Positions 18,187-26,607 of a stretch of DNA of 30,415 nt are shown piece after piece. The stretch spans positions 1 through 30,415 of the IMG/VR virus record IMGVR_UViG_3300012667_000616; one strand, 5' to 3'. This stretch comes from a virus (lineage: Duplodnaviria > Caudoviricetes). Numbering within the stretch: position 1 is the stretch's first letter; every line of letters starts with the position of its first letter. Under the pieces are notes generated by a model. That model saw nothing but the letters and a program-made list of their open reading frames with translations, was not told the origin of the DNA and ran no database searches. A program made the translations under genes and the position numbers.

Positions 18187-18434
18187 CAGAACCACCTAAA
18201 GTAAGTGAGCTTGCCCACGACCGGGCAAAGACGATTCTCCAAAATAGCGACCTTTGGAGTAGCCCTAATGCCGCCAAGGCTTCAGCCGAGGCACTCAGCT
18301 TGCTGGGCTCCGTCGTGGTGCAATTCCAGCCGCTAGAGCCGAAGCCCGAGCCTGTAAAGGTCGAAAGGCCCACTAAGCCAGAGAAAACCGCCAAGCCTGC
18401 CGCCGATGAGCAACCCGAATCCGCCGACGCTTGA
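18183..18434 (+). CDS. Small hypothetical protein
   Basis: ATGA overlap with portal; P/K/E-rich tail. Confidence 0.5.
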   Translation: MTEPPKVSELAHDRAKTILQNSDLWSSPNAAKASAEALSLLGSVVVQFQPLEPKPEPVKVERPTKPEKTAKPAADEQPESADA

Positions 18435-18615
18435 AGAAAGCCTAGCGCACCTCCGCAGCATGGATCAATTCAAGGTCTTGATGGCGGACCTTGCATCCCG
18501 CCGTGAAGAGGCGATTGACAAGCTTGCCGATGCTGATTCCGAGTTCAAGGAGCGCAAGCAAGCGGCAATCGTTACCGTTCTGACCGACCTATTGCATCAG
18601 TTTTCCGGCGTGTAA
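18406..18615 (+). CDS. Small helical protein typical of the position after the portal
   Basis: 69-aa amphipathic helical ORF ending just before a terminator. Confidence 0.65.
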   Translation: MSNPNPPTLEESLAHLRSMDQFKVLMADLASRREEAIDKLADADSEFKERKQAAIVTVLTDLLHQFSGV

Positions 18616-18629
18616 TAGTGTCCAAACAA

Positions 18630-18664
18630 GAAAACCCGGTCCCCTTACAAGGACCGGGCTTTTT
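18630..18664. terminator. Bidirectional terminator
   Basis: AAAA-CCCGGTCC/GGACCGGG-CTTTTT between convergent genes. Confidence 0.8.
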
Positions 18665-18687
18665 GTAACACAACACCCCGGAAAGTA

Positions 18688-19002
18688 TCAAAACGGGATT
18701 TCGTCACCGTCATCTTCAACCGGCGCAGCTTGGCGCGGTTGGTTTTTGTATTGCACTTGCGACGGGTCAACATCGCGACCGCCAGAACCACCGCCAATGT
18801 ATTTCCAATTCCCAACAATCGGGCCTTTTTCGCCAGCGGCACGGCGCTCTTTGCCCAAGTCTTGCACGACGAATCCATCGTCGCCGAAGTCGTTGGCCTT
18901 TTCCATTAGCGTAAAGTCGTAATACTCGCCCTTCGCGCCCTTGTAAACAGCCGTCCCGTCAATCTTCTTGCGGTCAATTTTAAATCGAATCTTTGCACTC
19001 AT
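18688..19002 (-). CDS. Putative single-stranded DNA-binding protein
   Basis: 104 aa; beta-rich core, G-rich linker, SSB-type acidic tail EDDGDEIPF. Confidence 0.7.
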   Translation of the reverse strand: MSAKIRFKIDRKKIDGTAVYKGAKGEYYDFTLMEKANDFGDDGFVVQDLGKERRAAGEKGPIVGNWKYIGGGSGGRDVDPSQVQYKNQPRQAAPVEDDGDEIPF

Positions 19003-19106
19003 CGGGTGGGTTCTAGCCTTGGTTTTCGGAGCTGGCAAGAAAAATCTCAATCATTACCAACCCGCTAAACTTTGGGCTTGCCAATCCAAACGGAAATGCT
19101 AAGGAT
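19003..19106. promoter_or_regulatory. Divergent promoters (SSB-like gene / scaffold-capsid operon)
   Basis: Minus strand TTGCCA(19038)-17 nt-TAGAAC-7 nt-ATG; plus strand TTGCCA(19078)...TGC-TAAGGAT. Confidence 0.55.
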
Positions 19107-19147
19107 TCCGAATCGCCATCATCCGGGCGTCAAACGGTGGACAGCAT

Positions 19148-20203
19148 ATGAGCGACCAAATCACGGCGAACGAGGGTGCCACAAATGCCTTGACAGACGA
19201 CAGCCTGAACGAAGCGGGAATGATCGCGTTTCTGACAGGTGAAGGGCAAGAAGAGACTCAAGAGGAAATCGCGGAAGAACAACCAGAGGAATCCCAAGAG
19301 GAAGCGCAAGAAACCGAAACTGAAGCCGCCGAAGAAACGGAAGCTGAAGCAGAGGAAGAAAGCGATGAATCAGAAGAAACCGAAGGAATCGACCTTGACG
19401 GACTCACGGAAGATCAATGGGAAGCAGTTCGCACCAAGCTAAAAAGCGGGGCGGCGGCAAGGATTAAAGCCTTGACGGCGCAACTTAAAGCCAAGGACGA
19501 AACGCTTGCCGCGATCAAAGCCCAAGTGCCAACTGAACCGGCCCTGAAACGTATTGAGAACAACCCTTACGGCGACGTAAAGGAACTCAGCGCGCTACAG
19601 GAAAAGGACGAGGAAATCGCAAGGGTTATTGAATCAACCGACGCAATTCTTGACGAGCATGAGGATTACGCGCTTGACGACATTATTTCCGTAGGCGGCA
19701 AGGAATATACAAAGCGGCAATTGAAAGAAGCCAACCGTAACGCGCGGAAGGCGCAAAAAGACTTCATTCCAGCGCAGCGCGCCGAAATTCAGCGAGGGGA
19801 AGCACGAAAGGAACTTCGCGCAAACTTCGACGCAAAAGCAGAAGAGGAAGTTGCAGAAATTGCCGACGAATCAACCGACGTTTCCAAGAATTTCAAAGCC
19901 CTGACAAGTGACCCGCTTTTCCAACAGATTCGCGACAAAGTGCCGGATGCCGAGCCAGTTCTCAATTACATCCTAGCCCACTTTTGCAAATCACGTTTCG
20001 GAAAGCCGACCAAGATTCCAGCGCAAGTCACACCGGCAAGCAAACCGAAGGCGAAACCGCCCGAACAGCCGGGAGGGGTGGCAAGCGTGGGACAATCGAA
20101 GGTTGGCAACCAGAAACAAAAGCAGGCCGAAAACAAAGCGAAACGGTTTGAGGAAACCGGCTCGCGGGATGATTTGGTAAACTTCCTCGCGGCATCACTG
20201 TGA
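19148..20203 (+). CDS. Capsid scaffolding protein
   Basis: Very acidic N-terminus, coiled coil, basic C-terminal tail; precedes the capsid gene. Confidence 0.8.
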   Translation: MSDQITANEGATNALTDDSLNEAGMIAFLTGEGQEETQEEIAEEQPEESQEEAQETETEAAEETEAEAEEESDESEETEGIDLDGLTEDQWEAVRTKLKSGAAARIKALTAQLKAKDETLAAIKAQVPTEPALKRIENNPYGDVKELSALQEKDEEIARVIESTDAILDEHEDYALDDIISVGGKEYTKRQLKEANRNARKAQKDFIPAQRAEIQRGEARKELRANFDAKAEEEVAEIADESTDVSKNFKALTSDPLFQQIRDKVPDAEPVLNYILAHFCKSRFGKPTKIPAQVTPASKPKAKPPEQPGGVASVGQSKVGNQKQKQAENKAKRFEETGSRDDLVNFLAASL

Positions 20204-20221
20204 GACCAACCTAATAAAATT

Positions 20222-21202
20222 ATGGCCATTTCCACTACCTACAATCCATCCGCCCTTTCCGCTCGCAGCGGTCAGGGGGCCGCCATCGGCAACCGGGAAG
20301 ACCTCTCGGGCGTCGTGCCAATGCTGGAAGCCAAGAAGACCCCGTTTTACTCGCTTGCGGGCAAGACCAAGGCGACCGCCACTTACCACGAATGGCTTAT
20401 CGACAAGCTCGACGATCCCGACAACACCGCCATTAACGAAGGCGCTGACGTTTCGAGCTTCGACGACAAGCACAAGAAGGTCGCCCGCGTTGGCAACCGC
20501 ACCCAGCACTTCCGCAAGTCTTGGCTTGTGTCGAAGGAGCAGGAAGCGGTTAACAAGGCCGGCGCTCACGACGTTGCCGGTGCCATCACCAAGTCGCTGA
20601 TTGAACACAAGCGCGACATTGAAAAGGCGCTGCTCGGCACTCAGGATCTTGCCATTGAGGACGGCACCACCGCCAACACCATGCGCGGACTCGGTGACTG
20701 GCTCGACAGCGCCGGTCCTTCCGACGTTGCTGCCGACTACCGCACCCCCGCCGCAAGCATCTTGTCCGCCGCGCCAACTGAAATTACGTTTAACGACGTT
20801 ATCGGCTCGATGTTCAACGTTTCCGGCGACACCGGAAGCTACATCGCGCTTTGCGGCATCACCGTCCGCAAGGCTATCACTCAGTTCACCCGGACTGATA
20901 ACAACGCATCGGAGGGGGTTTACAGCCTCAACCAAGACGCGACCGGCAAGCGGTTTACCCTTGCCGTAAATGTCTTTGATTCCGACTTTGGCCTTGTCAC
21001 CATCGCCAATGGAAACCCGCGTTGTATGCCATCCGCGTCCACCGCTTACATCCTCAATCCGGCTTACGCCAAGGTAGCAACCCTGCTCCCTACCGGCACC
21101 ACCCGACTTGAAGACCAAGGCGGCGGTCCTCGCGGTTTCGTCAACTCCATGCTTACGCTGGAAGTTTGCGACCCTCGCGCCCACGGCAAAATCGTTTACT
21201 AA
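20222..21202 (+). CDS. Major capsid protein (DUF5309/SU10-like)
   Basis: GNREDL, TPFYS, HEWLIDKL, GNRTQHFRK, HKRDIEKALL, MRGL and AHGKI motifs; C-ending codon bias. Confidence 0.9.
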   Translation: MAISTTYNPSALSARSGQGAAIGNREDLSGVVPMLEAKKTPFYSLAGKTKATATYHEWLIDKLDDPDNTAINEGADVSSFDDKHKKVARVGNRTQHFRKSWLVSKEQEAVNKAGAHDVAGAITKSLIEHKRDIEKALLGTQDLAIEDGTTANTMRGLGDWLDSAGPSDVAADYRTPAASILSAAPTEITFNDVIGSMFNVSGDTGSYIALCGITVRKAITQFTRTDNNASEGVYSLNQDATGKRFTLAVNVFDSDFGLVTIANGNPRCMPSASTAYILNPAYAKVATLLPTGTTRLEDQGGGPRGFVNSMLTLEVCDPRAHGKIVY

Positions 21203-21232
21203 TTCAAAACCAACTAAGAAAGAAGAATTACC

Positions 21233-21754
21233 ATGGCTGATATTGCTGTTACTTCCAAACTAGTCAAGGGACCCGCCGTTAATAACGAGCTTGGGCGTGG
21301 CTGGACTCACACGCAATCCGTGAAATGGTCGGACTTCGCTGCTACCGCGGCGGACAACGATACCAACACGTTTTCGCTGTTCACAGTGCCGGCTTATTCG
21401 ATTGTTCGAAATGTCGGTTTCCGACTGAAGACCGCATTTGACGATACCGGCGGCGGAAGCTCGCTTACCGTCAAGATTGGCGATGCTACCGATGATGACG
21501 GTTACGTTACCGCTACCCAGGTTCACCTAGACGGAACTGAGGTGTTTATCGCCGCTAATACCGGCGCTTATTTCACCGGAACCGACTCGGGTAGTGCCAC
21601 CACAGCAAACGTGGTTAAGGGTAAAACCTACACCTCTGCCGCTGAAATCAAGGCCGTATTCACCCCGTCGTCTTACGAACTGGAGGAATGCAACGCTGGA
21701 GAGATTATTTTCTTCGCTGAAATCCTTGATACCAACGTGCTGATTTCGCACTAA
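21233..21754 (+). CDS. Capsid decoration/cement protein
   Basis: Follows the capsid gene before a strong hairpin; beta-rich (KTAFD...VKIGDATDDDGYV). Confidence 0.7.
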   Translation: MADIAVTSKLVKGPAVNNELGRGWTHTQSVKWSDFAATAADNDTNTFSLFTVPAYSIVRNVGFRLKTAFDDTGGGSSLTVKIGDATDDDGYVTATQVHLDGTEVFIAANTGAYFTGTDSGSATTANVVKGKTYTSAAEIKAVFTPSSYELEECNAGEIIFFAEILDTNVLISH

Positions 21755-21764
21755 TGGGACACAT

Positions 21765-21808
21765 TGGCGGCGGGCCGGAATTGCTGGCCCGCTGCCACAT
21801 TTATTTTT
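21765..21808 (+). terminator. Terminator/stabilising hairpin after the capsid genes
   Basis: 14-bp stem TGGCGGCGGGCCGG/CTGGCCCGCTGCCA followed by CATTTATTTTT. Confidence 0.7.
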
Positions 21809-21811
21809 CCA

Positions 21812-22105
21812 ATGCTTGCCAATCTTTCAGAGGGTGAGATTACCCGGGCGATTATTAACGAGCTGATTTCCGGGCGCAGGTTTAAAGACGCGCAGGAAAA
21901 AGCCCGGGAAAGGTCCGCCGCGCAAGAGGCGTTTGCCGCGCGAGGACATAAGAGCATCAAAGGGCTAGGCAAGTTGGCAATCAGCATCCCGGAGGATGAT
22001 TATTTTGACATGGTGGGCAAATACGGAACCGAAGCTTTCGCGGATCGCGGCTTCATTCGGGACTTGCAAAGGCTGGAGCCACAGTTTAAGGTCCACTCCG
22101 TATGA
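21812..22105 (+). CDS. Small hypothetical head-module protein
   Basis: ATG 21812 after the hairpin; ATGA coupling to the next gene. Confidence 0.7.
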   Translation: MLANLSEGEITRAIINELISGRRFKDAQEKARERSAAQEAFAARGHKSIKGLGKLAISIPEDDYFDMVGKYGTEAFADRGFIRDLQRLEPQFKVHSV

Positions 22106-23088
22106 CGACCCGCCCATACAGCGAACTTATTGAGCTTGTTGAAGCGTTCGCTGGATCGTCGCTTGGAACTCAGGAAAGAAACAGACTGAAGGCGCTATTC
22201 AATCGCCGAGCAAAAAAAGCATACCGCGCAACAAATTACTGGCCGCGCTTTCTTAAAGTCGGCGAAGAGCGCGCAGTTTCGGCTGACGGGTTGGTATCGT
22301 TTACGGAATCAAACAAATTAGATATTGATACGGTCTTGCGCGTTCATGCCGCTGAACCGTTTTTCCAAAACTGGTCTCGGGAATATGAGTTTTTTGTGCA
22401 TGGCGACGGCGCGAAGATTATTTCATACACCCCTCGAAACCACTCGACGGCTGGCGCTATTTTGATTAGCGGCGACGCGGCAATGTCGAATTATTTTGAT
22501 TTTGACGGCGAATACACCGATTACAAAAGCATGGCGGGGCTGCTACTCAAAGCCCCCGACCAAGTAAACGGAAGGGATGTTTTTTCGACCAACGGCACGA
22601 ACGATCCCATTGACCTGCCCGACTTGGCAATGCGTGTATCGTATGACGCTTCTACGGGATGGGAGATTGATGCCTATTTCTACGGCATTAACCGCGGCAC
22701 ATTTTGGGCCGAAGGTTTTGATAGCGGCATCATTTCCCCGGTGGATGCCGTGTTCATGAGCCAATCTGGGGGGAATCTTGGCACCTTTACTGTTTCTGAC
22801 GCGCCCCAATATTCGGCATTTGTTACTTACAAGTCCGCGCTTTCTTCAACGTATGGCGACGGCATAAACGATGAATCAAACGTGCCTGAGGAATGGTTTG
22901 ATTACATGGCTTACGGCGGATACGCTGACTGGTTGCGGGGCGAAGGCCAAACGCAAAAGGCCATCGTAGAAGAAGCCGGCGCGAGAGACATTCTTGACGA
23001 TCAACTTGAAAAGATTTCATCGCAACACATCGCGTCGCAAGTGGCGCAGCGAATCAACACCCACGCAAACGCGCAAAACCGATACTAA
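22102..23088 (+). CDS. Head-tail adaptor / tail tubular A-like protein with a probable inserted domain
   Basis: Helical N-terminus (YWPRFLKVGEER) and C-terminus (VPEEWFDYMAYGGYADWLR) around a beta-rich middle. Confidence 0.65.
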   Translation: MTTRPYSELIELVEAFAGSSLGTQERNRLKALFNRRAKKAYRATNYWPRFLKVGEERAVSADGLVSFTESNKLDIDTVLRVHAAEPFFQNWSREYEFFVHGDGAKIISYTPRNHSTAGAILISGDAAMSNYFDFDGEYTDYKSMAGLLLKAPDQVNGRDVFSTNGTNDPIDLPDLAMRVSYDASTGWEIDAYFYGINRGTFWAEGFDSGIISPVDAVFMSQSGGNLGTFTVSDAPQYSAFVTYKSALSSTYGDGINDESNVPEEWFDYMAYGGYADWLRGEGQTQKAIVEEAGARDILDDQLEKISSQHIASQVAQRINTHANAQNRY

Positions 23089-23091
23089 TCC

Positions 23092-25329
23092 ATGTCTGAC
23101 GTTCGACTTTACCCGCTTAATAAAATTGCCGCGCTTTCCCAAAAAGAAGACAAATCAATTCTTGTCGTAACGGATGGGACCGGATCGGATTTGGAAGCGT
23201 CAACAATTCGCGAAGCGCTCGATCTGGCCGGTCACATCGGCGTCCCCCCGACCCGGCCAGAGTCGATCCTCTTCCGCGACCTCGGCGGCGGGGACAACGT
23301 CAACATCGCGGCGGCGGGCACTCGCGCCGTCGATCCGGGGCCGGGCACGATTACCGTCGCGACCCTCGGCGGGAACTCCACGGCTCGATACGAAAACGGG
23401 CGGCTCTATCTGACCGCCGCCGGAACGGGCAGCGTCCACGCAATCGCCCACACCGGCCTCGTCAACATCACCGCCGGACTCACGCTGGTATGCCGAATTA
23501 TCCCGGCCGCGACACCGGGTCAAACTATCAACAATAGCATCGGTTTTAACCACAACACGACCGGATTCACGCCCCGTCGCGGGAATGTTCAAATAACATC
23601 GTCCCGGACCTCGGGCGACCTCACGCTGTCCGTCTCTAACGGCGCGTCCGCCTCTGACGACTCCTCGTTCGCGGTCGGTGCCGGGATTATCCGCCCCGGC
23701 GAGGAAATCGCCGTCGCGGTCCACCACAAGAGCCTGACCGAGCAGGAGTATTACATCCAAGGCGGGCAAGCCGCCGATTTTGGCGCAGAACTCGGCAGCG
23801 AGAACTGGTATCTCATCGGGCGGACCTCGGTTGATAACACCGGCCAGACCGCCTACCCCGGCGTCGGCGTCCAGTTCGCAGGCACCGCCGTCATCCGCTC
23901 GCTCGAATTGTTTTCCGACTGGTCTCCCTCGCCGCGCTGCCAGACGTTCGACCTCGATCGCGCAAAAATCGGCGTCCACATCCCGACGCTGGAGCGCGAC
24001 CCGGCGACGGGCTTGATGGTCCATGCGTGGAACAATGGGGAATCGCACTGGAGCACCGGCCAGACGGCTATCCGGGCGAGCGTCAAGCTCGCCAGCGGGC
24101 AGTGGTCCGCGCCTCAAACATTGATCGCGGCGCTGCCGCTGCCGCAGCAGCTCCACATCGCGACGATGATCCCCATCGGCGGCGTCCTTAACCTCCTATG
24201 GATCTACGCTGCCGACCGCGCGCTGACCCCGAACATCATCTATCGCGCGCCGATGACGATCAACTCCACGACCGGCGCGATCACTCTCGGGGCTTCGGTT
24301 GTCATCGACATTCCAGCCTACGCATTCCCGATGAATAGGGGCGTCGTCCTGCCATCGGGTCGCGTGCTGATCCCGTCTCACAACGCGTCAAGCGTTGCGT
24401 ATGTTTCCTACACGGACAACGGCGGAGCGACATGGACCCACGGTGTCTGCAACACAACCCCCTCGTTGGTCGAGGGGGGATTAATTGTCGAGGATGACGG
24501 CGCGGTCGGTCAGTATTACCGGCCGTTTAACGGTCAGTCCTCGGTCTATTATCAGCGATGCGCCGACCCCAACGCGGCGACGCTGGTATGGTCCACTCCG
24601 GTCAAAATCGACGCGCTGCCGAACCCAATCGTGCCGGTCGCCGGCAGTCGCGTCACGCCGCTGCGACTGAGCAATGGTCGCAAAGTCCTTATTGGCAACG
24701 ACTCGAAAATCGCCCGCCGCGAAGTCGCGATTTGGGAAATCGGCGACAACGGCGAGGTGCTCGACAAGGTCCGAATCGGCAATGTAGGACGCCATCCGTC
24801 TCCGGTCAGCGGCGAGCAGATTTTCCAGTATCCGATGATCGCCGAGGATGGCGACGACCTACTCATCGCCTACAGCCATCAACCGACTGGCGGTGCCTCG
24901 ACCTCCGCGTCATGCATCCGCGTCCACGCATGGCGCTGGACGGACCCGCTGGCCCGCGAGGCTGGCGGCACTGGTCGCCGCGACCGGGATCTTGTCATCC
25001 CGACCGCTCGCCAGCCCCGGCAGCGGGTCGCGAACATGGACTATGCCGCGACGATGACGCTGGACATGTCGCTGGCCTCGCTGTTCTACGTGACGCTGAC
25101 CGGGACCCCCGCGACCGGATTTGCCGCCCCGCTCAACCCGCTGCCGTGGGAGGAGCTGACGCTCGTCATCATTCAGGGGGGCTCCGGCAGCTACACCGCC
25201 GCCTTCAACGCGATCTACGAATTCGGAGGAGTCGCCGCGACATGGCAGACCGCCGTGGGGGCCGCGAACATCCTCCGGGCGATCTACAACCCGATCCAAA
25301 ACAAGTGGCGGGTGACAGGCTTCCTCTAA
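23092..25329 (+). CDS. Tail spike / receptor-binding protein with a sialidase-like (BNR) propeller
   Basis: HIPTL (RIP-like), Asp-box SYTDNGGATW, FQYPMI; N-terminal lectin-like beta domain; tail-fibre-type C-terminal domain. Confidence 0.75.
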   Translation: MSDVRLYPLNKIAALSQKEDKSILVVTDGTGSDLEASTIREALDLAGHIGVPPTRPESILFRDLGGGDNVNIAAAGTRAVDPGPGTITVATLGGNSTARYENGRLYLTAAGTGSVHAIAHTGLVNITAGLTLVCRIIPAATPGQTINNSIGFNHNTTGFTPRRGNVQITSSRTSGDLTLSVSNGASASDDSSFAVGAGIIRPGEEIAVAVHHKSLTEQEYYIQGGQAADFGAELGSENWYLIGRTSVDNTGQTAYPGVGVQFAGTAVIRSLELFSDWSPSPRCQTFDLDRAKIGVHIPTLERDPATGLMVHAWNNGESHWSTGQTAIRASVKLASGQWSAPQTLIAALPLPQQLHIATMIPIGGVLNLLWIYAADRALTPNIIYRAPMTINSTTGAITLGASVVIDIPAYAFPMNRGVVLPSGRVLIPSHNASSVAYVSYTDNGGATWTHGVCNTTPSLVEGGLIVEDDGAVGQYYRPFNGQSSVYYQRCADPNAATLVWSTPVKIDALPNPIVPVAGSRVTPLRLSNGRKVLIGNDSKIARREVAIWEIGDNGEVLDKVRIGNVGRHPSPVSGEQIFQYPMIAEDGDDLLIAYSHQPTGGASTSASCIRVHAWRWTDPLAREAGGTGRRDRDLVIPTARQPRQRVANMDYAATMTLDMSLASLFYVTLTGTPATGFAAPLNPLPWEELTLVIIQGGSGSYTAAFNAIYEFGGVAATWQTAVGAANILRAIYNPIQNKWRVTGFL

Positions 25330-25331
25330 CC

Positions 25332-25370
25332 ATGAAACCCGCCGCCCTCATCCTCGCCGTCCTCGCCTGA
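25332..25370 (+). pseudogene. 12-codon remnant MKPAALILAVLA of a signal-peptide gene
   Basis: Same C-rich codon style as the spike module; stops 1 nt before the next ATG. Confidence 0.45.
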
Positions 25371-25371
25371 A

Positions 25372-25533
25372 ATGAAATCTATCATCATCACTCTCGCATG
25401 GGTCGCGGCGTGGCTTGCGATTTGCGTATCTTTCGCGGGATGCCGGTTGACGGTAACGCCCGACGGGTCGCGCACCTACTCTTTTGACGGGGAGGAAGCG
25501 GCGAAGGCGATTATCATTTACGCCGGCAAATGA
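25372..25533 (+). CDS. Small lipoprotein (spanin-like candidate), 53 aa, absent from the ORF track
   Basis: MKSIIITLAWVAAWLAICVSFAG-C lipobox; ATGA overlap with the endolysin. Confidence 0.65.
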   Translation: MKSIIITLAWVAAWLAICVSFAGCRLTVTPDGSRTYSFDGEEAAKAIIIYAGK

Positions 25534-26204
25534 ATAACCTCCGCGCCATCATTTCCGCCTTGTTTCAAAAGGCGTTTGATCCCTTCCGGGCGGAAGAGGA
25601 TCGCGGATTCGACACGTTCACTCCAAGACAAAAGGTAATCATGAGCGGACATTTGGTTGCGATTTGTGTTGGCCACTCGCGAACCGGCGACAACGGCGCG
25701 CTGTCCGCCGACAACACTACGGAATGGGACTACAACCGGAGGCTTGCAAGCGAGCTTCACGACGCTCTGTTCGCCCGCAAAATCAGCGCGTTCATCGTTG
25801 ACGAATACGAAGGCAACGGCTACGGCGCGGCAATGCGCTGGGTTGCCGGGCATGTAGAGCAGAAACACGCGAGTCTAGCGGTTGAGCTTCACTTCAACGC
25901 AGCGACCGGCGGCGCGCAGGGGCACGAATGGCTTTATTGGGCATCGTCAACCAAGAGCAAGCGACTTGCCGAGAGCGTCCGCGATGCTTTCGTCACAGCC
26001 TTCCCCGTCCGCAAATCGCGGGGATCGCGTGGCAAGATGAGCGGCGACCGGGGCGCGGAGTTCCTGCGACTGACACATTGCCCGGCGATCATTTGCGAGC
26101 CATTCTTCGGCGACAACCCGAGCGAATGGGAGTTCGCAAAAGCTAACATCGCGGGAATCGCCGACGCCATCGCGGAAGGAATCTCAAACTACCTAAAACA
26201 ATGA
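25530..26204 (+). CDS. Endolysin, N-acetylmuramoyl-L-alanine amidase (Amidase_3)
   Basis: VAICVGH...EWDYN...ELHFNA...ICEPFF Zn/catalytic motifs; alternative start at 25641. Confidence 0.9.
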   Translation: MNNLRAIISALFQKAFDPFRAEEDRGFDTFTPRQKVIMSGHLVAICVGHSRTGDNGALSADNTTEWDYNRRLASELHDALFARKISAFIVDEYEGNGYGAAMRWVAGHVEQKHASLAVELHFNAATGGAQGHEWLYWASSTKSKRLAESVRDAFVTAFPVRKSRGSRGKMSGDRGAEFLRLTHCPAIICEPFFGDNPSEWEFAKANIAGIADAIAEGISNYLKQ

Positions 26205-26380
26205 ACATCGACTGGAAATCACTAGCATGGGGCGCTGCACTTGCCGGCGCTGAAACGTTCTATCGCTTCTTTTCCGAGCCGTCGTTTGATTTCGGCGATG
26301 CTCAAGGGTGGGGAAAGGCAGTTGCGCTAACCGTCGTCGGATTCATCCTTGCTCGACTCAAGCCGCAGCCAACCCCGTGA
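26201..26380 (+). CDS. Holin-like small membrane protein, 59 aa, absent from the ORF track
   Basis: MNIDWKSLAWGAALAG...AVALTVVGFILARLK; ATGA overlap with the endolysin. Confidence 0.6.
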   Translation: MNIDWKSLAWGAALAGAETFYRFFSEPSFDFGDAQGWGKAVALTVVGFILARLKPQPTP

Positions 26381-26397
26381 TTGCGCGACACAATCCG

Positions 26398-26574
26398 ATG
26401 CACCCCCACCGCGAAGACGTTATCACCGGCCTGTTAGGTTTTGCACTCACCACGCTGGGGGCGATTACGTCGCTTCAAGAACAGCTACTATGGGGCGTGC
26501 AATTTCTATCCGGCGCGGGTGCAGTCATTGTCGCCGGGTTGACCATCTGGAAGATGGCGAAAAAGAAAGGTTGA
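26398..26574 (+). CDS. Holin-like two-TM protein
   Basis: Two hydrophobic helices and basic tail KMAKKKG; start moved to ATG 26398. Confidence 0.65.
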   Translation: MHPHREDVITGLLGFALTTLGAITSLQEQLLWGVQFLSGAGAVIVAGLTIWKMAKKKG

Positions 26575-26607
26575 CGGCATTAAGCCAAACCGTTAGAAGC
26601 CGATTGC
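26571..26607 (+). promoter_or_regulatory. Promoter, probably leaderless
   Basis: TTGACG-17 nt-TAGAAG-8 nt-ATG. Confidence 0.5.

Noticed and set aside
20195-21184. 329-aa ORF antisense to the capsid gene
   Set aside because: Mirror of a strongly biased gene; no independent signals
21200-21235. Possible capsid readthrough or frameshift fusion to the decoration protein
   Set aside because: A second in-frame TAA follows within five codons and there is no clear slippery site
23200-24156. 318-aa minus-strand ORF and 270-aa alternative-frame ORF (24558-25370) over the spike gene
   Set aside because: Shadow ORFs expected from GC-rich codon bias; R/P-rich with no motifs
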